DNA from: a virus
Reading direction: 5' to 3' (one strand)
IMG/VR virus record: IMGVR_UViG_3300027747_000967
Span: 55,999-119,998 of that record
Length of the DNA stretch: 64,000 nucleotides
Shown one piece after another: positions 36,612 to 46,619 of the stretch; the first letter of the stretch is position 1; each line of letters opens with the position of its first letter. Made by a program: the position numbers and the translations under genes. The notes under the pieces were generated by a model. It saw nothing but the letters and a program-made list of their open reading frames with translations, was not told where the DNA came from and did no database searches.

Positions 36612-37690
36612 AAATGAGATTCGTTTAATGCCTCAACGTAGAGTTCACGCATGAGTGTTTTTAGTCTGTCGTTTTCAATATTTGCTTCAGTAATACTGTC
36701 TACGAAACGATTAATAATTGTTACAGTATCTTCAGTTTCATCTATTGTATCATCTTCTATGCCTTCTGTCAAGTCAGCAAAATCTTCAACAATGGTAATA
36801 TCAATAGGATTAACATCATAAAGACTATTCATAAATCTATCAAAAAGATATGGATTTGTTTTATTTACAACAACCACTTTGACATAAGTATTTTTATAAA
36901 TGCTTACATCTCTTTCCATAACTTCGGTAATAGTTTCTTTTTTATCATCATAAAGAATACGATAAAACATGGTATTTGGATTAGGTACGAATTTTAATTC
37001 ATAAGTGTCTGTGTCAAAGATATTAAAGCCTTTTTGGTCGTTATAATCGTTCCATGTTATTTCCATTGGTGTGCCGACATAATATATGTTACCACTATGA
37101 GAACGATGATGATAATGACCTGAAAAAATTCTATCAAATTTACCAAAAGGTTTAGGGTCAATACCTTCTTCGTTGACATGACCACGGTGCATTTGAAATC
37201 CAGCAAACTCAAAATGGCCAAAACAAATCTTAGCCGTTGTTGATTCAACTTCTTTTAAGCATTGTTCATAATTGTCTGTACATATCCATGGTATAAAACA
37301 CATATCCGAATCCGGTTCGTGTGTTATATAAGGAATTGTCATTGGCCTATCTACTACTGTAACATTCTTATATTCTTTAAAGAGTAAATCAGGAGAATTA
37401 ATTTGATTGGTATTTTTGTGATATGTATCGTGATTGCCAGCAAGAACTATCATACGCATATTATACTCAACCAACTTGTCAAGGAACATTTCTCTTGTTC
37501 TACTTAAAGTCAAAAAGTTAATATACTTTCTACGGTCAAAGAAGTCTCCTACCTGTATGATAGTATCAATGTTATTTTCAATAAGGTATGGAAAGAATGT
37601 TTGTGAATAAAACTTTTCGGCAAAGTCCATAAAAGCAAGAGCGTCTCCTCGCATGCCGAAATGACAATCACCCAATATTGCAATCTTCAT
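36608..37690 (-). CDS. gp47: Recombination endonuclease nuclease subunit (Mre11-like)
   Basis: GDCHFG, GDFFD, GNHD, GHF, SGHYH. Confidence 0.97.
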   Translation of the reverse strand: MKIAILGDCHFGMRGDALAFMDFAEKFYSQTFFPYLIENNIDTIIQVGDFFDRRKYINFLTLSRTREMFLDKLVEYNMRMIVLAGNHDTYHKNTNQINSPDLLFKEYKNVTVVDRPMTIPYITHEPDSDMCFIPWICTDNYEQCLKEVESTTAKICFGHFEFAGFQMHRGHVNEEGIDPKPFGKFDRIFSGHYHHRSHSGNIYYVGTPMEITWNDYNDQKGFNIFDTDTYELKFVPNPNTMFYRILYDDKKETITEVMERDVSIYKNTYVKVVVVNKTNPYLFDRFMNSLYDVNPIDITIVEDFADLTEGIEDDTIDETEDTVTIINRFVDSITEANIENDRLKTLMRELYVEALNESHL

Positions 37691-37704
37691 AATATAACCT
37701 TAAT

Positions 37705-38373
37705 TTATAAATTAGGAACAGGTCCATCACAACCAATTCTAGGTTCTGGATCCAGACCATTCAAATAATATTTTTTATACAAGTGTTTTGTAACTTTTGT
37801 ATTTTCTTCTAATTCACGCCAACCATAGTATACCACACCTTTATACTCCAAGGCAATAGAGTTATGTGCTTTATTTCCTTTTAATCCGTGTTTTCCATTT
37901 TTTCTAGAAATTTCGGTATTAAGTAATCCGGATTTCCATTTTTGTTTCATTTGCTCAGCATGATGTTTTTTTCTTTCATCATCATTCCGCCATTGTTTTT
38001 TTACTCTAACACTTATTTTTTTGCCATAATTTATATCTTTTTTTGAAGGATGATTAATTTTTAATGATTCTAAAAATTCAATTCTCCACTTTTCATATAA
38101 TCGGGAAGCTTGTCCATATTTACCAGAAAAACACATCCTATGTAAAGCATATAACATTTTGTGTTTATTTTCTCCAGTTAACATTTTAACTAATAATAAA
38201 TGTGCAATATAATGTTCTCGTAAAGAGAGATTGACAATATTTTCGGATTTATTTGAACCACCTAAACTCTGAGGTATGATGTGATGTTTTTCAAAAATTT
38301 TATATTTTTTTGTTTTAGCATTTTTAATTAATTGTAAATACCATTTTGTATATTTGTTGTCTATAAAAATCAT
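37705..38373 (-). mobile_element. Free-standing HNH homing endonuclease between genes 55 and 47
   Basis: EKHHIIPQSLGGSN..NIVNLSLREHYIAHLLL; late-like ACTAAATA upstream near 38399-38406. Confidence 0.88.
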
Positions 38374-38435
38374 TTTGTGTTCCAAACAGTTATACTACTA
38401 TTTAGTGTTCTTTGGTATTCAAAATGATTAGTATA

Positions 38436-38972
38436 TCACTCATCTAACAAATCTTCAAGCCCTTTTGACTTCTTTACCACCTTTTTATTCTTTTTGGCTT
38501 CTTCGTAATTACCAATGAATTCAGATATATTGTCATAGAGTTCAAATTGTTTGGTTGTACCATCATCAAATTCTAACATTTCAAATTCGTCTAAAATACC
38601 CATTTGTTCGGTGGCTTTGTATTTGGTATACAGTTGTTTCTTTTCTTTTTGTATTCTTCGTAAAAAGGCAAAGTAAATAATCTGTGTAAAATAAGCAAAT
38701 GGGTTCTTAGATTTCTCAGGATCAAAATTGCTAAAATACATTAGACAGTTTTCAATACCATCAGATATCATTTCATCACGATAACTGTAATTGATAAAAT
38801 TAGGTTTATGTGACAAACCTTCTGCTATTTTCATAAAGCATTCGCCAATGTAGTTAGGAATTGCAGGAGGTGGTAATTTCTTCTTCTTGTTCTCAATGTC
38901 TTTAGCTTTATAATCAGCCAAGGCTTTAAGAAAATCAGCGTTATTTACATATTGTTTTTGCTTAGTCGCCAT
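38436..38972 (-). CDS. gp55: Late sigma factor
   Basis: YVNN, YIGECFMKIA, EMISDGIENC, NPFAYFTQI; AGGTGG SD. Confidence 0.97.
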   Translation of the reverse strand: MATKQKQYVNNADFLKALADYKAKDIENKKKKLPPPAIPNYIGECFMKIAEGLSHKPNFINYSYRDEMISDGIENCLMYFSNFDPEKSKNPFAYFTQIIYFAFLRRIQKEKKQLYTKYKATEQMGILDEFEMLEFDDGTTKQFELYDNISEFIGNYEEAKKNKKVVKKSKGLEDLLDE

Positions 38973-39040
38973 GTTTACCACCTAAATGCTTGACAAACGC
39001 TTGACAAGTCTGTAATATTGAGTATGTCCCGGTTTCAAGA

Positions 39041-39433
39041 TTAATGTAATATATTTCCATTTTGTTCCATTTCTATAAATGCTTCCATCAGTTCAGTAAG
39101 TTCTTCATCAGTTGTTTCAATAATATCATTCATTTCAATTTCTTGTTGTTTCTTTAACACCCTGTTAATCTTTTCCACGGTAGTGTTATAGTATTCAGTA
39201 AACTCATCAGTTGGTTCCATAGCAAACATAACATCACATTTTGATATGACAATAGTTTTATTCTTTACAAGTTGAACAGGTAACCAATGATGCATGACCA
39301 ATCCGTTATACTTTCCACGAGGTTCTATTCCAACAGACATAGGTTCAGTTACTTTATAATTCTCATCAGAAATATCCACTAGACCTATGATATCTTCACC
39401 ACTCTGTAAACGTAAGATTTTGATGTTATTCAT
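39041..39433 (-). CDS. Conserved hypothetical (Sm-like N-terminus) between uvsW and gene 55
   Basis: LRLQSGEDIIG; C-terminal LH; synteny. Confidence 0.65.
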   Translation of the reverse strand: MNNIKILRLQSGEDIIGLVDISDENYKVTEPMSVGIEPRGKYNGLVMHHWLPVQLVKNKTIVISKCDVMFAMEPTDEFTEYYNTTVEKINRVLKKQQEIEMNDIIETTDEELTELMEAFIEMEQNGNILH

Positions 39434-40925
39434 TTTTTAATCCTATCTTATATATTTTGAATGGGAACTGCTCTTCCATATATATCTTACTGCGTTCCAC
39501 AAAATGTTTTAATGTGTAATTCATATGTTTTTTATATCTCATGTCATCTGCTATATCGTAAAGAACTGCTTTATCTTTGCCTTCAGCTTGTCGTAACCCA
39601 CGGCCAATTGATTGTAAATTCCTGATTCTGCTTTTAGAAGGACTTGCAAATATAATATTGTGTAAGTTACGAATATTAATTCCGGTACTAAAAGTACCAA
39701 AAGAAGCCACAATGATTGCATCATTTTCTATCTCCATTATTCTTCGTATTTCTTCTCTGTCATCGGTTTCTGTATTACCATGCACAAAGAAAACTTTTCT
39801 GTTGCCAATTTTCTCTGTATCCTTTATCATATTATACAGGATTTCTCCGTGCTTTTCAACCATTTGATAAAGAATTAATGTATTATTGCCTAAGCTAACC
39901 GCCAGATTTTTAATGAATTTATTTCTTGCCGTGTTAGAAATGAGATACTGAATTTCATCTTGGTAAGATTTATCTTTATACTCTAAACATTTATCATCTG
40001 GATGTTTTAATACAAGACATTTAATTTCAAAGTCTGATACCTGTTTCTTATCAATCAGTTCTTTTGTTGTAATCACTTGATTAACTTTACCAAATAATCC
40101 TTCTAACACAAGTTTATGTGTTTTAGTTCCGTCCAAAGTTCCTGTTAATCCAATACGATATTTGGCATTGACACAAGCAGTCAATATAGTTGTTAATGAT
40201 TGTGCTTTGAAGTTGTGTGCTTCATCACCTATAACATAATCAAACTGTTCAAAATATTCTTTAGGCATTTTATACAAAGATTGCCATGTGGAAATTGTTA
40301 AAGGTTTGCTTGACACCTTGTCTTTTCCCTGATATATTTTGTGTATACTTTCTTCCATTGAATTATTATTGTAATCAGCAAAGTCTGATGCTAATTGTTC
40401 CACCAAAGATGTGGTTGGAACAATAATAAGTCCTTTAAGATTTTGATAACGATATAACTGTTGAAAGATTAAGTAAATGATAAGTGATTTACCAGAAGCA
40501 GTAGGAGATAATAATAATGTTCTACGCTTACGCATTGCATGAACAAATGCTTCAATTTGATGTTCACGAACTTGTATAGTATTACCGTTAGAATGTATAT
40601 TTAATTCTTCAATAAATTTTGTGGCATGATAAACAGGATAATCATCATGAATATCTAAATTGTTTTCATACTCAAATGTGTATTCACGTTCTTCACAAAA
40701 CGATTCAATATAAGGCAATAATCCTGTATAAATTTGTGATGTTTGTAAATTTAAAAGTCTTATTTTTCCATCCCACACTTTGTTTTTAAAAGCAGGAACA
40801 AATGTATAACCAGGAACAAAAAAAGTAAAATATTCTGATAACTCTTTTAATGTATGTTTTTCACAAGTTATCTTGACATATACTTCATTTACTTTAGAGA
40901 TTAAAATATCTTTAGTTTCCACCAA
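39426..40925 (-). CDS. uvsW: SF2 DNA/RNA helicase
   Basis: SPTASGKS, GDEAH, TGT, QSIGRGLR. Confidence 0.96.
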   Translation of the reverse strand: MVETKDILISKVNEVYVKITCEKHTLKELSEYFTFFVPGYTFVPAFKNKVWDGKIRLLNLQTSQIYTGLLPYIESFCEEREYTFEYENNLDIHDDYPVYHATKFIEELNIHSNGNTIQVREHQIEAFVHAMRKRRTLLLSPTASGKSLIIYLIFQQLYRYQNLKGLIIVPTTSLVEQLASDFADYNNNSMEESIHKIYQGKDKVSSKPLTISTWQSLYKMPKEYFEQFDYVIGDEAHNFKAQSLTTILTACVNAKYRIGLTGTLDGTKTHKLVLEGLFGKVNQVITTKELIDKKQVSDFEIKCLVLKHPDDKCLEYKDKSYQDEIQYLISNTARNKFIKNLAVSLGNNTLILYQMVEKHGEILYNMIKDTEKIGNRKVFFVHGNTETDDREEIRRIMEIENDAIIVASFGTFSTGINIRNLHNIIFASPSKSRIRNLQSIGRGLRQAEGKDKAVLYDIADDMRYKKHMNYTLKHFVERSKIYMEEQFPFKIYKIGLKNE

Positions 40926-41346
40926 TAAATTTTTCCCAGCTAATAAAATCTTTTAATTGATAGGTTCTAGAATTTAATTCTTTCATAATGGCTTCAATCA
41001 CAATAACTGTTTCATCGTGATACATTTTCTTTTCAAGTAAACGAATTAAGTCGTTATCAGATTCTAAGTATAAATTAATATCCGATTTTAAAGTAAACTG
41101 AAATGGTTGCCATCCTTGTTCGTCTAATTCTTCTTTAGACATTTTACCCGTATAGTATTCCCATTTGATTTTACGCATACGCAGATAATCAAAATGAGCC
41201 TTTTTAACTGCCATCTTATGATTGATTAAAACATTGAGATACTTACTGTGTAACTTAGGTATTTTTAATAATTCTCTACCTGGTTCCGTTTGGTCAATAT
41301 CTGCGTCTGTTTCCCACGTTTTTAATATTTCTTCAAGATTTTTCAT
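40912..41346 (-). CDS. uvsY: Recombination mediator
   Basis: KIPKLHSKYL, WEYYTGK; synteny; start revised to MKNLEE. Confidence 0.93.
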   Translation of the reverse strand: MKNLEEILKTWETDADIDQTEPGRELLKIPKLHSKYLNVLINHKMAVKKAHFDYLRMRKIKWEYYTGKMSKEELDEQGWQPFQFTLKSDINLYLESDNDLIRLLEKKMYHDETVIVIEAIMKELNSRTYQLKDFISWEKFIGGN

Positions 41347-41352
41347 CACTAT

Positions 41353-41381
41353 AGTATAACACAAATATTGTTATTTGTCAA
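41353..41381 (-). promoter_or_regulatory. Sigma70 promoter, 6 nt from the uvsY ATG
   Basis: TTGACA-17-TATACT with extended -10 TG. Confidence 0.8.
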
Positions 41382-41389
41382 TAACTTAT

Positions 41390-41926
41390 TTAAATAAATT
41401 CAAAATAATCGTAAGCGAATGTTGCGGTACCTGTGATAACATCATCAACAGATTGTTTCACATCAAAATTGATATCAGATAAACTGGTAGGAAATAAATC
41501 ATAAAATTGAATTTTTAATACCGGATTGTTTAATCCTGATAATACTGTCAAAATACCATCTGAAAAAGGATTAATTGGATGTGTTTGATTTAATGGTTTG
41601 TATGCATTTTGTTTTTGTGACAGACGATTTCTTTCACCATAACCTTTTGGTGAAGCAATAGAATACATCCACAAGTATATTTGTTTCCATGAATCTAACG
41701 AACCGTCTACTATCCAAGAAATGGATAATGTGTTATAATTTAATTTGGTACCGGGAGAGCTCATATCTAAGAAAGGAGTTGCAATTTTAATTTCAGGTAA
41801 AGACATTCCTGGTATATTAATCTCTTGACAAAAATACTTTACAGAACCAATTCTATCTAAAGACAATAGGTATTTGGTTGGTTGTAATGGATTGGTATTT
41901 TGTGGTGTATTTTTAAGTGCGCTCAT
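41390..41926 (-). CDS. gp3: Tail completion / tube terminator
   Basis: YFCQEINIPG, FYDLFPTSLS; position after gene 23; CCTAAATA late-like promoter upstream. Confidence 0.85.
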   Translation of the reverse strand: MSALKNTPQNTNPLQPTKYLLSLDRIGSVKYFCQEINIPGMSLPEIKIATPFLDMSSPGTKLNYNTLSISWIVDGSLDSWKQIYLWMYSIASPKGYGERNRLSQKQNAYKPLNQTHPINPFSDGILTVLSGLNNPVLKIQFYDLFPTSLSDINFDVKQSVDDVITGTATFAYDYFEFI

Positions 41927-41943
41927 ATAGGTATTTAGGTGAT

Positions 41944-41971
41944 AAAAAAAAGACCTCCGAAGAGGTCTTTT
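41944..41971 (-). terminator. Intrinsic terminator after gene 23
   Basis: AGACCTC-TTCG-GAGGTCT followed by a T run. Confidence 0.9.
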
Positions 41972-42010
41972 AAATAATAAAGTATTGCTTTACGCTGAAG
42001 CAAACATCAA

Positions 42011-43348
42011 TTACATTAAGTTACGAACACCAAAAATACGGTAGTAAACGTTAGTACGAGCAGTCAACTGACCTAAATTGGAAGTACCTAAGCCTTGTGC
42101 GAATGGATTTGCAACCATGCCGTAACGAGTCTTGAAACCAATTTTTGGTTGGAAAGTGAACTGGTCTACTGCACGAACCATTTGTAATGGAACGTATGGG
42201 CAATAGAACAAACCAGCATCGTATGGTGAAGAACCTTTGTAACCAATTGTTACTAACTCTTGGTTAGAAGTATAACCACCAAAATATGGGTCAATGTAAA
42301 CCTTGATACGACCATGTAACATACCAGCAAATGTATTACCTGTATCATCTACTTGCAAGTCAGTTTGTAAAGCAGGAGTATAAGATAATACACCAGCCAT
42401 TGCCATAGCAGAAGCAACGTCAGAAGAAACGATAAGAACATTACCTTTACCTCTACGAGTCTGTTTAGCAATAACGTTTGCATCACGTTCAATTTGGAAA
42501 ATCAAACCTTTGAAACGCTCAACTGACCAACGACCGTTTGAGTCTGTATCTAAGTCAAAATAACCAGAAGTTGTTGTACCATACTGAGCACCAGCAACAG
42601 CACAAGTATAGATTGTACGAATAACTTCACGGTTAATTTCAGCAAGAATTTCTGTAGAAAGAATGTTTGACAATTCTGTTTCAGCGTCAAGACCATGAAT
42701 TGCTTTTAAGTCTTGTGCTAATTCTAAAGAATACTCTGCCTTTAAAGCACGGGACTGAGCAGTTACAGTAACTTTTTCAATTGAGAATGCCATCTGTGGG
42801 AAAGCATTAGCACCTGAAGTATCTGTAGAACCTAACTGTTCAGCAGCTGAGGTTGTCATGCCGATACCAGAAGTGGTAGCACCTGAAGTAACGTTAGCAA
42901 AGTTATTTGCTGTATCTGTTGTAGTTGTACCTTGGAAACCGTATGGGTTACCAGCAGAACCAACACCAGAGAACATTGTGTTTGCTTCGTTGTAGAAAGC
43001 TTCAGTACCTGTTTGTGTAGCATAACGAGCACGCATTGCGAAAATTAATCCTGTAGGACCTGTCATTGGTTGAACACCAGCAACGTCATAAGCGATTAAG
43101 TTAGGTAATGCACGGCGAACTAAAGAAATCAAGATTGGGTCAAAGTTAGAAATGTTAGCGCCAGTTACGTTTGTTGGAACAACTGTGTTAACTTCGTTCA
43201 ATGACTGACGGTCTTGAGACATAGCTTGCTGTTGATTTTCCAAAACAAGTGCAGTAACTGCTTTCTTGTATGGGTCTTTGATGGACTCTAGTTCTGGATG
43301 ATCCAGAACTGGCTGCCATTTTTGTTGTAGTTCTTCTGTTAAATACAT
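42011..43348 (-). CDS. gp23: Major capsid protein
   Basis: VQPMTGPTGLIFAMR, SRALKAEYSLELAQDLKAIHGLDAE, FQPKIGFKTRYG. Confidence 0.99.
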   Translation of the reverse strand: MYLTEELQQKWQPVLDHPELESIKDPYKKAVTALVLENQQQAMSQDRQSLNEVNTVVPTNVTGANISNFDPILISLVRRALPNLIAYDVAGVQPMTGPTGLIFAMRARYATQTGTEAFYNEANTMFSGVGSAGNPYGFQGTTTTDTANNFANVTSGATTSGIGMTTSAAEQLGSTDTSGANAFPQMAFSIEKVTVTAQSRALKAEYSLELAQDLKAIHGLDAETELSNILSTEILAEINREVIRTIYTCAVAGAQYGTTTSGYFDLDTDSNGRWSVERFKGLIFQIERDANVIAKQTRRGKGNVLIVSSDVASAMAMAGVLSYTPALQTDLQVDDTGNTFAGMLHGRIKVYIDPYFGGYTSNQELVTIGYKGSSPYDAGLFYCPYVPLQMVRAVDQFTFQPKIGFKTRYGMVANPFAQGLGTSNLGQLTARTNVYYRIFGVRNLM

Positions 43349-43390
43349 TTAAATCTCCTTGTTTTTTGTATTTTTATTTTGGTAATTTAT

Positions 43391-44686
43391 TTATTTTACC
43401 AAAGTTTTAGAAATTGCTTGTGAATATGCTTCCATTAAATTATCAGAAGATTTATATTTTACTTTTTCTTCTTCAATTTCAACTTCATCATCCAGTGCAG
43501 AATTATCAGCAGATTTTACGTTAGAAGAAAAATAAGATTCTCTTATTACTTCCAACTTTTCTACAAATTCTTCTTCAGTAGTAAATTCTACGTTCTCTGC
43601 GAGCGATTTTAATTTTTCTACTTGGGTTTGCGACAGGCCTTCACACGCTGTGTAGATAGCCTCAATTTTTTTCTGTTCGTTTAATTCTTTAGATAATTGG
43701 ATACCACGATGAATTTGTTCATTTAATGCATCCTCAAGTTCTTCAACTTTAGCACTTAAACCTTCAACGACATCAACCTTATCTTCAGGAATGTCAATAT
43801 AGTGTTCAACAAATAAATCACGCAGACCATTAATAAAATCTTCAGTTACTTCAGAACGCAAACCAGATTCAACTGCTAATTGGTTTTCTTGCATCCATTC
43901 TTCTACCATATAGTTAAGATAGTCATCAACTTTAGATGCTAATTCTTCTTTAATTTGCTCTACGGCAATTTCAAATTCTTCTACTAATTCTTGTTCTGCT
44001 TCGGCAATAACTTCTTCTGCACGAGCAATAACAGCTGCTTCGAAAATTGTAGTGGCTTTATTAACAAATTCTTCAGAAAGATTTTCGCCAGATAAAAGAG
44101 CATCAATATCTTCTTTCATTTTTTCTTTCATCTTATCTTGCATCATTTTCTTTTTTTCCATTTTCATTCCTTCTTCAGAAATTGTTTCTTCGTCATCAAA
44201 TTCAGTTTCTTCACTTTGACCACCATAAGATTGAAAATTAGCATTTGCATTTTTTTGCCATGTGTTTGTTGGTAATTTGTGAACTGCACGGTCACGAATT
44301 TTTTCATAAGGGGTTTCTACATTTTGATATGAACCCATCTCGCCTGGTTTATCAACGTCACCTGCTTTTTCTTGACCTGGTTGACGTGGCAATGTTTTCA
44401 TTGGTTCACAACCTACAGGAGGTGTTGCACCTGGAGGAGTTGCTGTTTTAGTACCTTTGAAATAATCTGGTAACGGATCGTTAACATCATTTGGTGAATC
44501 GCCAATTTTACCAGCATCGTTTGTACCATATGCAGTTTTAGAATCTATACGACTAACACCAACTTTATCGGGATTAGTTAATTCACGTTGACCTTTTTTT
44601 GAAGCGATATTACTATCAAAGGTTTCTTTTGAACCTTCGCTTAAAATTTCTTTGGCAGCGTCAGATAAATTAAATTTTGATGACAT
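43391..44686 (-). CDS. gp22: Prohead core scaffold with long N-terminal extension
   Basis: LSEEF..KATTIFEAAV, VDDYLNY; TATAAATA at 44715-44722. Confidence 0.93.
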   Translation of the reverse strand: MSSKFNLSDAAKEILSEGSKETFDSNIASKKGQRELTNPDKVGVSRIDSKTAYGTNDAGKIGDSPNDVNDPLPDYFKGTKTATPPGATPPVGCEPMKTLPRQPGQEKAGDVDKPGEMGSYQNVETPYEKIRDRAVHKLPTNTWQKNANANFQSYGGQSEETEFDDEETISEEGMKMEKKKMMQDKMKEKMKEDIDALLSGENLSEEFVNKATTIFEAAVIARAEEVIAEAEQELVEEFEIAVEQIKEELASKVDDYLNYMVEEWMQENQLAVESGLRSEVTEDFINGLRDLFVEHYIDIPEDKVDVVEGLSAKVEELEDALNEQIHRGIQLSKELNEQKKIEAIYTACEGLSQTQVEKLKSLAENVEFTTEEEFVEKLEVIRESYFSSNVKSADNSALDDEVEIEEEKVKYKSSDNLMEAYSQAISKTLVK

Positions 44687-44733
44687 TTTGAAAATCTCCT
44701 TGATTTATATTGGATATTTATAATTAAAGTTTT

Positions 44734-45381
44734 TTATAACCGTTTGATGAAGTTTTCAAAAATGCGTAAACTTACCGCTTCAATATCTTTTCTGGAAGCT
44801 TGTTTAATTTCTTTTTTAGCTTCTTCAACATATTGTTCAGTCCATACGCCATTGACTAACATCCACTCTTTGCCTTCCATAATGCCTTGAACAAATGCTC
44901 CAGGCGCAGAAGGGTCTGCTACAATATCTGCCGCTGTGGCTAGATAAAAATCGTTCTGAACAACATTAACACCGTTAATGTTTTTCAATGAACCCATGCC
45001 TCTTGATGATACGCCTAACTGAGCACCGCCTTCAATTAATTGTTTTGCGATTGTTCCCATTGGTGTATCTAAAATTTTTGCTTTACCAATCCATTGATTA
45101 CCATCTTCACTTAAAGATACAATCATATGAGACACACGGTCAAGATTGATAGTAGGAGTTTCAGGATGACCTAATTCTCCAAAAGCACGATTTTTGTTTA
45201 TATATTCTTCTGAATAACGAGCAACTTCTTTTTTCATAGTGTCGTATTCGTACAAACGACCATTTTTATTCTTTTTTTCGGAAACTAAAAAAGGACCTTC
45301 AATGAATAAAGATTTTTTGCCACTAGATTCCTCAATCATTTCATAATGAACTGTTTCTTGGATTTCTTTAATAAGTTTCAT
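44734..45381 (-). CDS. gp21: Prohead protease
   Basis: MKLIKE start, GELGHP, GVSSRGMGS, DIVADPS. Confidence 0.97.
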   Translation of the reverse strand: MKLIKEIQETVHYEMIEESSGKKSLFIEGPFLVSEKKNKNGRLYEYDTMKKEVARYSEEYINKNRAFGELGHPETPTINLDRVSHMIVSLSEDGNQWIGKAKILDTPMGTIAKQLIEGGAQLGVSSRGMGSLKNINGVNVVQNDFYLATAADIVADPSAPGAFVQGIMEGKEWMLVNGVWTEQYVEEAKKEIKQASRKDIEAVSLRIFENFIKRL

Positions 45382-45394
45382 TATTGTTCCGTTA

Positions 45395-45934
45395 TTATGG
45401 TTTGCCTGAATATAGGCCGTAATTAAATGCGGCAGGGTCATTAAACTGACCACGTTGGTAGTATGCGTTATCTTTACGGAGAGAAATCATAATTGTGTAT
45501 GCTGTATTTGCAGTCGCACCGTAAGTAATAATACCTATATTACCATTTGATTTTGGTGAGTTGTTTAGAATAGCAGGATTTTGTTGACTACCAAATTCGC
45601 CATTACCATTTAGATAGAAAATGGTAGCATTGTTTGCGGCAACATCGCCAGCCCAAAAAACTTCAACGGCACCAGGAGGATTTCCAGTTCCCATGTTTAC
45701 GAAATATTGACAAGCAGTTAATTGAATGTTGTAATATGGTAAAGTAGTATTTGCTATGAAACCTGCTGTGTTTACTACAGGGAAACCATTGGTTGCCAAA
45801 GCACCATATAAAGAATTTGCAACGATGCGAACATTGTTTGATTCTTGGCCGGAACCATCAAACTGGCCTGTTATCTTAATAACCGCATCGGTTGTTGTAT
45901 CTCTCAATACTTGATATGTAAATTTATTTGGCAT
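45395..45934 (-). CDS. Hypothetical virion protein
   Basis: In the head operon; Asn/Gly-rich. Confidence 0.55.
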   Translation of the reverse strand: MPNKFTYQVLRDTTTDAVIKITGQFDGSGQESNNVRIVANSLYGALATNGFPVVNTAGFIANTTLPYYNIQLTACQYFVNMGTGNPPGAVEVFWAGDVAANNATIFYLNGNGEFGSQQNPAILNNSPKSNGNIGIITYGATANTAYTIMISLRKDNAYYQRGQFNDPAAFNYGLYSGKP

Positions 45935-45937
45935 TCT

Positions 45938-46168
45938 TTATCCTAAATTGTTTTCTTCTGTTACGCCTAATATTTCATCCATATTATATGGAATGGTAAC
46001 ATATTTATCTATTGCACTAATATAATATAAAGCAATCGTTTTGTTACCTGGATACTGTCTCATTGACTGTCTTTTCATCACTAATACTGCCGGTAAAGAT
46101 GAAGTTTTGGAATTTTTTTTACCTTTAGCCTCATCTAATTGCTGACGAAAATTGGAAAATAATTTCAT
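45938..46168 (-). CDS. Small prohead-core-region protein with capsid-targeting-like N-terminus
   Basis: MKLFSNFRQQLDE; position near T4 gene 68. Confidence 0.55.
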   Translation of the reverse strand: MKLFSNFRQQLDEAKGKKNSKTSSLPAVLVMKRQSMRQYPGNKTIALYYISAIDKYVTIPYNMDEILGVTEENNLG

Positions 46169-46180
46169 CTGTTTTAGTTC

Positions 46181-46573
46181 TTACTTCATTTTACTAAATG
46201 ATTTAGAGAGATTACCTAAGGTTTCTTTAGCGGACGGCATTTTTAAATCTTTTGAATGTTTCTCAGACTTTTTTTTCATCTTCATTTTTAATAATTCTTT
46301 GCCCTCTTTACTATCTGGATGTGGATAACTATCCATCTCGTCCAATTCTTCAACTTCTTCTTCCATTGTAACTTCTTCTTGTTCTTCTTCGCCATCAAAT
46401 TCTTCTTCTTCATTATCATTCAGACCAAGTAAATTTTCAGCAACTTCTTGTTTCTTTGCTTCAATTGCTGCTGCAACTTTGTCATGAATTGATGCGTATA
46501 ATGCTTTGCGGAATTCTACGCCTTCGTCATCATATGCGTAATCAATAATTTGTTTTGTTGAATAATCTGCCAT
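46181..46573 (-). CDS. gp67: Prohead core protein (gp67-like)
   Basis: Acidic, follows the portal gene; TATAAATA at 46604-46611. Confidence 0.6.
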   Translation of the reverse strand: MADYSTKQIIDYAYDDEGVEFRKALYASIHDKVAAAIEAKKQEVAENLLGLNDNEEEEFDGEEEQEEVTMEEEVEELDEMDSYPHPDSKEGKELLKMKMKKKSEKHSKDLKMPSAKETLGNLSKSFSKMK

Positions 46574-46619
46574 TTTTTTCTCCAATTAAGGTGTGTTATA
46601 TGATATTTATAATACAAAT

